Below are positions 20,997-34,280 of a DNA stretch of 64,000 bases, piece after piece. Below the pieces are notes generated by a model. The model had not been told where the DNA came from, searched no databases, and saw nothing but the letters and a program-made list of their open reading frames with translations. A program made the translations under genes and the position numbers. Source of the DNA: Pocillopora damicornis (taxonomy: Eukaryota); the NCBI RefSeq assembly GCF_003704095.1, contig NW_020845038.1, positions 62,001 to 126,000 on the forward strand, given 5' to 3'. Position 1 is the first letter of the stretch, and the number at the start of each line of letters is the position of its first letter.

Positions 20997-23900
20997 TTTA
21001 ACTCATTTTGAGTACCAAATATTCCATCGTTCCCGCAGAACAACGACCACAAATTGCTTTCATTGTCTGTTGTGTCTAAACGCCTAAATGCGAGCCAAAG
21101 TCAAATGTAGTACCCAGTTTCAAACGGTATAAGGTTGGGCCTGTGAATATGCATCACGTAAAATAAATAAATTGATCAAAAAAACGAGTTCATGATATTC
21201 CAATGGGGCTCGTTTAAGCTTGGGAAAAAACTACAGTTTTTTCTACATGTTTAAAATGAATCTGGTTGTACGCACGCTTATTCTATGGAGGTTTATTTGC
21301 TAATATAGATTATTTTGCACACTGATAACTTTGGTTAAGTCAGTCTGTGACCCTACTTAACGATTTCCTGGTTTTATATCCCCATTAAACTCCAAAGAGA
21401 AGCATTCATGCCTTAACAGATTAGATTTAACCCCTAATAAAACTAATTCCTTGAAAAATTTTTAAAAAGTATTATTGTTAGGCCCGAACCTCCTGGTGTA
21501 CAGAGACGTGCACCAAAAACAAAACGGCCAGATGAGTACTTTAACAATTTGTTTTCGGTAACAATAACATTCAACAACTGAAGTGGTATTCCTATCTACG
21601 GTATTAATGATATTATCGTAATTATCATTTTTATTCTTATCAAGCACTCGAAGTCCTCCTCTTACGCATGCAAAACAATGCGAGTGAACAAATATTCTCG
21701 CATCTAATTAGATGAGAGCGTGGCAAGTGTTTTACAAATTCACAACAAATCCCGTAAAAACTCTCGACTTACAACGGACAGGAAAACTTGAAGAAATTCA
21801 GTAACCCACTGAATACTATTTACTTAAAAGTAGCATTATCAGACTCGAAATTCGGGATAATCTCGAATTAAGTCAGAAGACCTGGTTATATTACATTATA
21901 AGCTCACATTCTGGCATTCTGGGAGAGACCTCCAAGAGGATAACCTCCTTGCCTCAAGTGTTGGAAATAAAAGTGAAAGCTTTGGTGCAATTTTCTGTTT
22001 GCACAACTACAAGAGCCTGGCAGCATGCCTAATCTCCGTTACATACAGCGCACGGGTTGCAATTATGGCAGTCGTTGCGTAACAAAACAAATTCACGTGC
22101 TTTCCTCACGAGGGAAAGTTTGACAACGGCGCAGCAAGGTCGAGCTCTCAGTATGACATAACGATTGAGTAGCTAAAAATGATCTTAGAAACCAAGAGAA
22201 CAAATTTTCCAAACACACCTCTTGAAATATGCTTTACCTTGTCAACAAAGAGTTTTGTTGTGTATTTCTATGTATTAATGCTATCGTAAAGAATGAATCC
22301 TCGATATTCTTAAAAGAGGGCGGAACCATTAATCGCACGATACCCCACGGAGGGACGGTTTCTTACATAAGTATCAGAGGAAAAAGTGGAAAAAGGGTAA
22401 TTACTCGGTCAAAACATCATCACTTACCCCTTCCCCCCCTCCCCTAAATTTGGTCATGATATATTCGCGTGGTCGGCACGTGACAGAGGAGGGATTTTGT
22501 TAGCTTCCCAGCCACCCGCGTCGAACTCAAAATAAAATTATATTCGCAAGTTGCGTCACTGCAAAACTAGCACGTGCCGATGCACACTTTGTTTTAACTT
22601 TTTCAGGTAACTGAGCCAAGAATTTTCTCTCACCAGGATTCGACTCATCCCACTGCATGTAGTAAACCAGATGCTGAATTTCAGGTTCCTACCCCCGATA
22701 ACCATAGCTTATGATCAGAGTGGCGAGATATTCAGATAAAAATGCAACAACAACCACAACAACAAAAGTGATTCTATTTATGGTAAATTCGTGACTGCTT
22801 AACTTCTTTCTAGCGTTTTCAGTCTGTTGTGTCTGAATGCCAAAGAATCTGTCAACAAAGTCCTCTAGCAGAGGAAATTGGGTGTCCAGTTTCGACGCGT
22901 GATTCTTAAGAGGCTAATTTTTTTTCTCCAAATATTACGAATTCTTTTGCGGTAGACGTTATTCAAATGGGGAAAGTTATGATTAAAGTATAACTAAAAT
23001 GCATCAGAAGCTTAAGTGATACACTAAAGCGCAAGAACACAAAGATAAATACATGTTGCAAGTGTGTAGAGTTTGTTCCTTAAAATCAGGGGGTGTGATG
23101 GGGTGAATATAGCAACCATGACATTCTAAGCTGGGACGTAGAGCTTAATTTTGGCTTTTGAGAAAATTGTAATGCTTCTGAAAGGATATACGTGGCTGGT
23201 ATTTTTTTCCAAAAGAAAATTTCAAACAAAATGAATAAAAAAGGCATGTCAAAGGACTTGGAAAGCAAGTGAAAACACATTTCTCGCAATTAGTGTATGC
23301 AGATGAGGGTATCTGATAGACAGAAAACCTGAAACAGCTGTCATTTAGTTTGATTTGAAGTTTACTGAGACAGGGGTCTTATCGAGTAAAGAGGCGAAAA
23401 TTAGAAAAGGAGAAAAGGAAAAAAAAACATTGTAAAAGAGATCAAGAAAACCTTATGGTAGATTAGTCTGGAGATGGATATTGTTTTCAATTCAAAAATT
23501 GCTCCAATACTCAAAATCATCTCAGAGTGTCAAAATCCCCGGGATGGCGAAGCCAATAGCTTAGTCGAGAGAATCTTATGCTCACGCAAACCTGAAAATC
23601 CGTATTTACCCCAATCTACCCACTTTTAGTAACACCAGTCTTTGTTTTTAAAAGAAATGTTCCTTTTGCGCGCTTTAACATTCGACAGGTACAGTTTCCG
23701 GAAATCTATGAAAACAGGTTAAAAAAAGTGCGAAATAAAGCAGATCTTTATCACATCCTTTTGTATACTAATTAATATATGACACTCTGCAAAATTTTTT
23801 TGATTGAAAGAGCTTTGCAAATTTTTTTTTTATTGAGAGAGCTTTTCTCTAATGGGATAGAAACGTGCGTTGAGGGTGCAAAGTTCACGATCGAGAAAAG

Positions 23901-26643
23901 AGGTGGCAAAATGATTTCCCATTTGATTATGCACTCCAATTTTTAAATTATAAACTACTGTGCAAACACAAATAAAGTAAGCTTGTTCAAATCCCCCTCC
24001 CCTGATGGAAAATGTTAGTTTCCTGCGAGCGACGCAACATCGATTTTTACCGAACAAGCTTGAAAAATCTTGTACGCTTAAACTCTATAATTAAGTGAAA
24101 AACTCCACATTATGATATATAAGTAGTAGCGATGGCGTGATTTGAAATATTGTGTCTGTGCACAAACTATTGGACAAAAGGAACCAGTTAAGAGAAATAC
24201 AATGATAACTTACATGAATATTGAAGAAGTTACATGGGTGATTTCTTCTCAGCCAATGCTTCATGGTCGCCGGAAAACTCAGAAGAGATGAAACGCTTTC
24301 AGTCCGCTACTTTCTCGGATGTTGCCTCTACACAGCTCTTGTAAAGTGTCGGCGCAGATTAACTGAAAATGCCTTTCAGAAGTGATATTGGAAATACGAA
24401 CCTTCGATCAAAAGGACAGGTGCTTTCAATGAAAAATGGATCACTTTGCAGAATGTTTGCGGTATGCTGTCACAAAATGTTGTAGAGGCAGGTATGAGAC
24501 ACGAGCATACCGTTGCAGACACCTATAGTCCTCAAAATCTGGTGACTTTTATACTCAGAGCGTATTACATAATTTGACTGGTTTCAGCAGGTTTAGCTCA
24601 CCCCGTGATTTTCAAGGTCAGGATCATATTCGACTCCCGCAGGCAGCCGGTTGTCGAGACATCAAATGTTGGTACAAGAACCCACTTTTAGGGACCCCTG
24701 AGCGAATTCTTAACATTTCCGGACATACAGAAGAGATGTTAACACCTTATATTTTTTTGCTTCAAACGAGAAATTCCACGAATTCACGAGAGTGTGTTGT
24801 ACTCTTCTTACCTTCAGAGAAATCGGACAAATCGGCATCAGGAATGGATTGGAGTGCTGTTTGCTCCGTACATTCAAGTACTTTGTACTTATGGTCGCTG
24901 AAAAAAAAATCTGGGACTTAAGATTTTGATCCTTTAAGATCCATACACATTTTCTTAGTCTTCATTCCAGCAGTAAACGCATTAATATGGGTAAACAAAT
25001 CCCTCTAGTGACAGATCAGTACTGCAGATCATGTTGCTAAACGATTCAGTCGCAGACAAATTATGGACTTAATAAAATTATATACTTAAATTGAAATATT
25101 GTTTCCACCACAGACAGTTAAAACGTTTCCCTATCATATCGATAACTCCCTTTATAAACTTTCAGACCATCCGTGAAATACTCAGTTTGCGACGAGAATC
25201 ACAATGAAATGAATCCAAAACTTTTTTAAGGAGAAACAAAAAAGAACAAAAAAACCTTTCGAAAACGCAGACATTTTTCAACAATAAAGATGTTGAATGA
25301 TTGGCTTTACCGACCTCACTACTTGCCCCAACCCTCCCCCCTCCCCTAATTAGTTGGCTCCGAAAACAACCGTTTTGAAGGCAATTGGCAATTGTTTACA
25401 CTAGCTGCCCAGTGTTTACATTATGAATTAAATGGATCCTCTTGACCAGAGAAGATTTTCCTCTGGCTAACCGTACTATGGCCATGCATTTCCGTGCACG
25501 CACGAGTCCATTTTGCACTAGAATGATTATAATTTATGGCCGGGCAATTTATTTTCCACATTCGGCAAGAAATCTTAAATCAAACCGTTTCAAAGAGAGA
25601 CCTTTGCCTCCACGTAACTATCATTAAATTTTATTGCATAGTTTTTAGGCAGGAAATACTTTCAACACATTGGTCGCGGAAGTTTTATACAAAGCTTTTT
25701 AGCTGTTAAAACTGCTGCACACTGACGGCTGAGAAGGATGCTCTCAGTAAACTCTCTTTGTCAATTAAGGTATTAATCTGTTTTTTCAACCCGATGGAGC
25801 TCTGAAATGACATATTGATGTAGAAAACGTCTCTTTTTTGGACAAATTGACGTACAAAACACGGTTTTTAAGATCTGGAAGTTTTAAAGCCGGCTACATA
25901 CAACTGTAAAAGTGTTTGAGAGATGAGCACTTCTAAGCGAGTGACTACGCAATATTTTTATCTGGTCAAAGTCCAGTTTCGTTGTTTACAGTGTTTTATG
26001 GCAAGAGCTCTTCTTCTTTTGGTTGATTCAAGACCCAGAGTATTTACCACTTAACGTAAAGTTGGAACTCAAAGTGAATCGGTCGCACACACAGCGAAAA
26101 AGGGAGAAAAAAAAATGATGAAAAGACCCGTGACCCGTAGATTACGCATCGCTCTAGTTCGCCTTTTATATCTCTGGTTCACTTCTGCACGACCTGTGTA
26201 CTTCCCTGGTCCTAAACTGTAAACGGTTTGTGCATGAATACTGGAAGAGACCAGTAATGCCAGTCCCATGTATTATCCATGGCTGTTCTGCTCTTTTCCA
26301 ACAAAGTAAAGAAAGTTGGCGGCCTTTTTTGACGAGTTCATTCTCATTGATTATTAGAAGAGGCTGAAGGAAAGCGGTTCAAAATTAAGTTTCTAAGCCT
26401 TTCCCGCTACTTGGATTTGTTACAATCGCTTAAAATAAGCCACAGATTGATAATAAGGTGTCTGAAATCGAACGCACTCGCTCGCCGCATGCCTCGTCAC
26501 CAACTATCAGTCTTTCAAATTAAATGCCGCCCTCGTTGATGTTGTTGTTATGATTTGTTCTCACTTGCTAATGGGATCAGAACAATTTTGCATTGGAATC
26601 TTTCCTGATGTCTGGTAACGGCTCTTAGCCTGTCCTATATTCC

Positions 26644-28337
26644 ATTAATCCAATTTCACTTTCTCCTGGTGAGAGACAAGAAAATTTCCCATTCTTAGCT
26701 CTTACATATTTGCTGCTGGGTTTGACCATTCCTCTGCCCCCCTCTACTCAATCTTTAAAGGCTTCTGTGAAATTTGTATACGAGAAGCTTGAAGGGAGAG
26801 TTAACGAGCGCGGGAGCCCCCACCAAGAGAAAAGATCTTATCTTCATCATTTGTAATGCGCATCGGAACGTATTTGAATGATATATGCAAAATTTATAAA
26901 GGAACTGAGGGGTTACGAGCGCCCTTCAAAAGTTTCTAAATGACTCGCCTCCGGCTCGTGATATGCACATTTTTCGAGTGTTCACGCCTGGGTCATTACC
27001 CCTGTAAACCGATAGAAAGTGCGGTCTATTGCTTAGATTAGTTCTCCATTCATTATTTCTGTAAAGAGGAAAAAGATAGATTAGAGGAATGTTAAAAGCC
27101 GCTCAAAGCGCCAGAGTTTAAAAATTCGTTACGGCGTCTACATACTATTGTACTTGATCGTCAGCCTTGCAACTGCGGTGTTAAAGAATCAATAGGTCCT
27201 CAGTCATTGACGTCAATCCTTTTCTTAGAATTTCACAAGCACTTGGAATGAATTCGCCGAAATGGGTCTAACACGGATGAGAAAACCCCAGCATAAATAT
27301 GCAGCGTTTTTATGGTAGGGCCATTTCATAATACTTTGAGTATCTTCTTGTACAGTGTGGAAATACCTTCGGCTTGAAAGGGACGACAAAAAATCAGTTA
27401 GTAACAATAAAAAAGTAAGAAAAAAGATATTAATGTGCAAGGGAAACTACATAGATCGCGTAGGAGAGGGAAGATTAAACAGATTCCATTGAAATGACAA
27501 ACTTTTGGCTTAACCCATCAGATTACGGTCACCCGTTTGGACTTACGGCTGGGTAGAGTGGAAATAATTATTCAAGTTTGCCCAAAATAAACATCGATCT
27601 TGTTTCCCGTGAGAAATTACTTTCAAAAGTTTCCCTTTCACAAATCCGAAAATTTTCCTGGAAACATTCTGTCTTCCTCTTCCTGTAGGGAAGAGTTAAC
27701 TGAGTAAGTGACATCATCAAGCACTGAAAAAAACAGAGATGGGACACTTTCTTTTAAAAATGCAAGATATTTTTCAAGCAATTCATGTAATTAAAATGCA
27801 TAGTTGTAGTTGAGTTCCATAATCAAATCTGTCACAATTTTCTTTTGGCGCGCGTGACATTATTTTGATCGATGTGTTACGAATCAAAGCCAGCCACGTG
27901 GATTATTTACATACCTTTTGTTTTTTCTGTTTTTTTTTCAACGATCTCTTGTTTTGACGTATTCATTGTTTTCCCGGAAATCGATGCAAGGAACTTTCTC
28001 GGAAAACATAATGATGTCATAGCATTAATTTTGCTATGCGAAGCACTTTTATTAATTGTCTTCAGCTATATAAGAATATTGTAACGTTGAAGAAAATTTT
28101 GAGCTTTTGGTGAGGGAATTTTCAGGTTAGCGAATGCAATTTCTTGATCACAAGCGATCGATTGTTTGTCCCTGTTTCGATCACTTTAAAAGTTGTTATA
28201 ATTTTCCTTAATGACCTACCGTGTTTGAAGTAATTTCCCGGTTGAATCGCCCTTCATTGTGAAAGGAATTTCAATTTAGGGCTTTGCATTGATACTCAAG
28301 CTTTTTGTCATCATTTGAAATTTTAATAAGTGACACC
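26644..28337 (+). promoter_or_regulatory. Upstream/promoter block of Dicer copy A, duplicated at 44657-46385
   Basis: Collinear with the reverse complement of 44657-46385; IRF-like TTTCACTTTC 26654-26663, CRE TGACGTCA 27208-27215, GAS TTCnnnGAA at 27655, 27971 and 27996, E-box CACGTG 27895-27900. Confidence 0.65.
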
Positions 28338-31300
28338 ATGGAGAAGGCTTCCGAAAGCAAAACAGATGGAGAAACCGAAGGAAAATTTTCAGCTCGGCCG
28401 TACCAAGTGGAACTTCTAGAGCGGGCGAAGGAAAGGAACACCATCGTATGTCTGGGCACAGGAACTGGTAAAACGTTTATAAGTGTCATGCTCATAAAAG
28501 AACTCGCTCATGAAGTAAGAGGAAACTATAAAGACGGCGGGCGAAGAACTTTCTTCCTTGTAAATACAGGTACCTTCATATGTTTTGTCTTTATGAGATC
28601 AGCTTTACCTCGGGGGAGTGGGTACGATATCTCAGCGCGGGTCGGGCCGGGGTTGCGAAGATGGGTAGTAGCGGTCCTCGCATACGTACAAATACAATTC
28701 AATGGAAATAGAAGAAATGATCGTAGATCTTTCCTTATTTTTGCCTGATTATGCCTTATTGGAACCTTTGATGCCAGAAACTAAAATATAAGATCAAGAA
28801 TGTGGTTTAAATTTTGATTTCCTTAAGTCGAAAGGAGCTTGAGGATTGTAGACGAAATCAACTCCCTTTGTAAATAACATGTCCTTCCTTTTTTCACAGT
28901 TCCACTAGCTAGCCAACAAGCAAAAGCGATCGCTAAACATACAGACTTAGAAGTCAGGCATTACGTTGGAGAGATGGGTGTAGATTTCTGGGACAAGCCC
29001 ACTTGGGAAAAAGAGTTCAATACAAGCAACGTTCTGGTCATGACAGCTCAAATATTCCTCGACCTTCTGTTGCATAGCTACATACTTCTCTCGCAAGTGA
29101 ATCTCTTGATCTTTGATGAATGCCACCATGCCAAGAAGAATGATCCTTACAGACAGATAATGCAGTGCTTCAGCGATTGCCCACAGCGCCAATTACCCAA
29201 AGTTATGGGTTTAACTGCCTCGATAGTAAATGGAAAGGTAAAACCTTATAAAATTGAATCGGAGATCCAAGAGCTGGAACGCACATTAAGATCTACATGC
29301 GAAACAAGTCAAGACGAAGATGTTGAAAAATATGCTGCTAAACCCGAAGAACTGGTCCTTGTTTACAGGAGCCAGAGCACTGATGAAAATGTAAACATTT
29401 TGATCCAAATCCTGTCAGATGTCTTAAAACCAGGAATTGGTTTTCTCCGCGACTGTCGGGTGTCCAAAATTGACGAGAATGCACACTGGTACGCGAAGTT
29501 CGCTCTGAGAGAGTGTAAGGAGACATTGGATGAACTGGGCCCTTGGGCTGCTTTTAAAGTAGCAGAATACCTAATTAAGGATCTGGGTATGGTACTGTTT
29601 CAGTTTTAAGGGGAACTGACGTAACTGTGCCCAAAGTTTAAGTCAAGTTTTCGAAAAATCATAATACGGTCAACGCGAACCAAATATCATAAATATTATC
29701 CAAAAAGAAGGGAAAAATTTCATGACTCCATTTCCAAAAATTTTGGTTTTATAGGTTTTTTTAAAATTTTGCTTTAACTCTTTACACCCTAACATCAGTA
29801 TACATATTCTTCATACTGTTCTCTACACATTTCTTAAGGTGCTGACAAGGAGAATTTGCTTAACAATCAAGAGCTTCTTTAGTTGGTGATCATTTCCTTT
29901 AATCTTGATACCCTAATGGTTGATTGATTCTTGGGTGATCCTGTTAGGAGAAGTTAGATGCAGTCACTCAGAGAGTTGAAGAGTTTAGCCTACATGACAG
30001 ATATTGACTTAATGTTTATTAGAAATAATAATACCTCATAATACCAAATTATTCCAATTCAAGCAAAATTAACCTGGGATTGGATAAAAATGCCTTTGTT
30101 GGCATCTTTTGATCAACTGGAGTGGAATGCACTTATAAACCGGAATCTTTTCTTCTAGACAGAGCATGCAAGGTTCAAAGCAGCAAACAAGGGCGATTGT
30201 TTTGCGAGTTTAGTGCCACCCAGCTGCGTCAATTGCGGGGCATTTACTGTAATTTTACTGAAAGTGATGGGTCTGAGGACAGTGGACATTGTTACTTCAT
30301 GCCTAAACTTCAAACACTTCTGAGTGTTTTCAGGGAGTTTGCTAACTCACAGCATGGTAAGGAATACTCTGCTGACTGCTTTATTTATGGAACTGATATT
30401 TCATTTCCTCAGTGAAAACCAAAACAGAAGATTAGCAAAGTGGATATTTTTGCACTTCTTATCACAATTTGACATTTTCTTTTCTAAGATCTCTCCTGAT
30501 TGTGTGCCAAACCTTCTTAAAATTTTAACCATGAGACTTTGTGTTAAATTTCGAAATATCCACTGCCCATGATTTTTCTTTCCTCTCAGCTCCTGTATAT
30601 TTTGAATTGTAATGTTATTGCGAGGAGAAATTTGTTTTGGTTTGCTCTTAGCAGTGAGAAGTGAAATGGAATAATATTAGTGGTACCAGTAATAAAAATA
30701 TTGATGATATTGACAGGGCCAAATTGATTACAATCATTATAGTAGGAAATTTAACAACAATAAAAATGATAATGATGATAACAACAACGATAATAATCTC
30801 TCAGGGGGAGATCAATATTCAGTAGCCATCTCCTCATTCCACCAAGAAATGTGAGGAACAACATTGTGGTTGAGGAACAAATCACGGGGACAAAAAGATT
30901 AAACATGGCTACATCTGCTACCCAGCTTCACCTTAAGGAAGATTTAGCCAATTGTTAAAAGTAATATTAATAAGAATAATCTTTTAGGTTTACTTTTGTT
31001 TTTTTTGTCAATCCATACACGCTAAATAACCAGCTTTAAAATTGGCTCTTTCTTGAAATTTGTTTCAAGAGTGATTTTGAATGTTACTCTGCAAAACAGC
31101 TTGGTGATCCTCAGTTTGGTTATTTTGCAGCATCTGAAGAGGACAAGACCCTCTGTGCCATTGTGTTTGTTGAAAGACGATACACAGCACTGATCCTCAG
31201 CAAACAGCTTAACAAGGCAGCCGAACTAGATCATGAGCTCTCATTCATCAAAAGTGACTTTGTGATTGGTCATGGCACAGGTGCAAGGGTTAGCTACTCC

Positions 31301-32890
31301 AGTAACACAGAGATGAATTTTAAGAAACAGGAGGAAGTGCTGCGCAAGTTCAGAAATGACAAGAAAAGACATGAATTCAATGTGCTGATAGCCACCTCTG
31401 TTGTTGAGGAGGGGTTAGATATTCCCAAGTGCAATGTTGTCTGCAGGTTTGATTTCCCAAAGAATTACCGCTCCTATGTACAGTCAAAGGGCAGAGCTCG
31501 TGCCAAAGGTTCCAAGTACTACATGCTGGTGGATGAAAAAGAGCAAGTGGAAAAAGTGAATGAATTGGAGGTACATAATTATTTTAAAGTTATAAAGTCA
31601 GTAATAATCCATACCTACTCTGGTGATTGTCATTGATAATGTTTAGCTGAGGATACAGAGCACCAGACTGCTGTGTGGGAGATAGAAGGTTCTAACCCCA
31701 GACTGCCGACCAACACTCAGGGTCCTAGAATAACGGAAGACTGTGCTGCCTTTGTTAAGACATCTGCAAACAGTTAGACATTCTGGTCAACTTGTATAGG
31801 GATAGTAAGCCACAAGCCCCATCTTCTGTTTCTCCTCTCTACTGGTTAGCAGGGGACGTTAAAGAACCCATGCATTTCTTGCAAAGAATAGGGAACATAG
31901 ATGTCATTGTTATAGTCTGGCCTTTAGATTTTTTACACAGGCTGCCTTTTAAAGCAGCTTTAAGCTGAACTGTGAAAGCTGGTTTAAATATCATAAATAA
32001 ATTCATAACCTGGTTGAATTATTGTGAGGAATGTTAATTATTCTTCTTCTTAATGTTCATGACTTATTCCCTAGATGTTGCGTGCTATTGAGGAAATCTT
32101 GTTGGAAAGATGCCATGATCGGCTGGAGCCATCAGTGGAGGAGTGTAATGAGTCAGTAGACACAGATTTACTGCCACCGTACATACCAGTAAATGGAAAG
32201 GGAGCAAGAGTAACAATGACCAGTAGTGTTGCTCTACTTTCAAAGTAAGTGCAAAGAATTTATTAACTTTGAATTGTGTTGTAGTTCTAAATTTGAGATA
32301 ATTGGTTGACTTGTGTATTGTTAAGTAATGTGGTTGTAAAAAGGGAAGATGTGCTATATATGGGGTAACATACTTGGGCACTGATTGTGAAAAGGGGTGA
32401 TTTCTATTAACTATGAGTATTACTGTAAAGCTGGCTGTTTGCTTCCCTACAAACCTCAAAATTGCTCGTATTACCTCTTATCTTTCACTGAAATCACTTG
32501 GAATTCATGAAAATTCAGCAGTTAAAAGGACAAGTCTACCAGTTTGATAATTATTTTTACCTGTCACATTGAAAATAAGGGAGTACACTGCCTCTTTAAA
32601 AGCTCTTACACCACATCTACATAAAGTTATGCTCTTTTAAATTTTAACTCAGGGGTGTAGAATATTCTTATACTTAATATGGAGATGACCAATTACTTAA
32701 AATTACAAACTTTATAAAACTAGAATTATAACAATATTTCTACTTTTGTCTTTTCAGGTACTGTTCAAAGCTCCCAGGTGACCGGTTTACGCAGCCCAAG
32801 CCAGTTTACAAGGTTGAGGAAATTGGGAAATATCTTTACAGGTGTAAACTAACACTCCCAATAAACTGTCAACTATGTGATGATATAATA
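28338..32890 (+). CDS. DICER: Dicer-like endoribonuclease, fragment A (exons 1-6: DExD/H helicase and start of DUF283); runs into an assembly gap
   Basis: Exons 28338-28569, 28900-29586, 30159-30356, 31131-31570, 32075-32244, 32758-32890. Motifs [69 protein letters not shown]; 34022-34180 matches intron 7 of copy E. Confidence 0.93.
31640..32000 (+). mobile_element. tRNA-derived SINE in Dicer intron 4, shared by all three paralogues (also ~39000-39345 and ~55160-55600)
   Basis: tagctgagg..agagcaccagact…gggag…ggttc.a.ccccagac head and body similar to 33018-33428; present at the same position in A, B and E. Confidence 0.6.
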
Positions 32891-33017
32891 GTGAGTTTAG
32901 AGGACTTTTATTTTTTTTAAACTAAGACATAAAATTGTTATTATGGAAATTTGCCTATTTCCACTGTCATTATCATTGGCTATTGATAATATTTATCTGC
33001 CTTCTGATTGGTTACGT

Positions 33018-33428
33018 AACCGCCTCCCGGTTAGCTCAATTGGTTAGAGTGGTGGACTGTGGAGTGGGAGGTCGAAGGTTTGAGCCCGGCCGAACCAACA
33101 CTTAAGGTCTTGAAATAAATGAGGAGAATGTGCTACCTTTCTATAATGTCAAGAAATGGATAGACATTCTAGTCTTCTCAGATAAGGACGAATAAACTGT
33201 AGGTCCCGTCTCCTACCTCTATTAATTAGTCAATTTGGTCAGGCAGGGGACATTAAAGAACCCACTCACGAGATTACTGTGATGTGGCTGGCCAGTTTAC
33301 TGGGAATTGGGGGGGAGAGGGGTCTGCCCTTGTCATTGTTAACGCGGGATCCACTGTTATTGGCTAAAGCTGTAGTGGTCTCCATGCCTGAGATAATTGG
33401 ACGAAGCTAAATAAATTAAATTACAAAA
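33018..33428 (+). mobile_element. tRNA-derived SINE inserted only in copy A intron 6
   Basis: A-box (ggttagctcaattggttagag), B-box-like ggtttgagccc, A-rich tail, TTACGT repeated on both sides; copies B and E show the empty site ctgattggttattggtact. Confidence 0.75.
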
Positions 33429-34280
33429 TTACGTTATTGGTACTTTGGTTGTGATTTTGTGTCTCTCAATTCAACATTGTTCTAATTCTCTGTGCTAAGT
33501 TTCAAGCAGTTTCTTAACTCTTGGAAATTAACCCTGTAACTCTCCAAAATTCTAAAAATAACTCTCCTGACTAACTGCTGTACATTTCCTTGTAAATTGG
33601 AGAGGACAATATGGTGTCACATTAAGACAACACCCTAACGCTGATGAACTTATATATTCNNNNNNNNNNNNNNNNNNNNNNNNNNNNNNNNNNNNNNNNN
33701 NNNNNNNNNNNNNNNNNNNNNNNNNNNNNNNNNNNNNNNNNNNNNNNNNNNNNNNNNNNNNNNNNNNNNNNNNNNNNNNNNNNNNNNNNNNNNNNNNNNN
33801 NNNNNNNNNNNNNNNNNNNNNNNNNNNNNNNNNNNNNNNNNNNNNNNNNNNNNNNNNNNNNNNNNNNNNNNNNNNNNNNNNNNNNNNNNNNNNNNNNNNN
33901 NNNNNNNNNNNNNNNNNNNNNNNNNNNNNNNNNNNNNNNNNNNNNNNNNNNNNNNNNNNNNNNNNNNNNNNNNNNNNNNNNNNNNNNNNNNNNNNNNNNN
34001 NNNNNNNNNNNNNNNNNNNNNTTCAAGTTTGGGTATGCTGTTGATTTACCAATTTTTTTGAGCTTTAACAAACACGTCATTCGCTTCTAAAACGCCGTGA
34101 CTTAGTGATCATGAAACCATGAAACCAGTGTTCGAATCCTCTCGTTGAACTCAAGTTTCACCTTCGCTTCACGCTCTTGANNNNNNNNNNNNNNNNNNNN
34201 NNNNNNNNNNNNNNNNNNNNNNNNNNNNNNNNNNNNNNNNNNNNNNNNNNNNNNNNNNNNNNNNNNNNNNNNNNNNNNNN

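Noticed and set aside
21000-26640. Scattered 60-115-aa ORFs and an E-box/CRE-rich patch near 22470-22580
   Set aside because: No recognisable domains or phase-consistent exon chain; a non-coding transcript or enhancer cannot be excluded but is unsupported
33025-33095. tRNA gene
   Set aside because: Degenerate cloverleaf followed by a repeat body, A-rich tail and TSD: a SINE head
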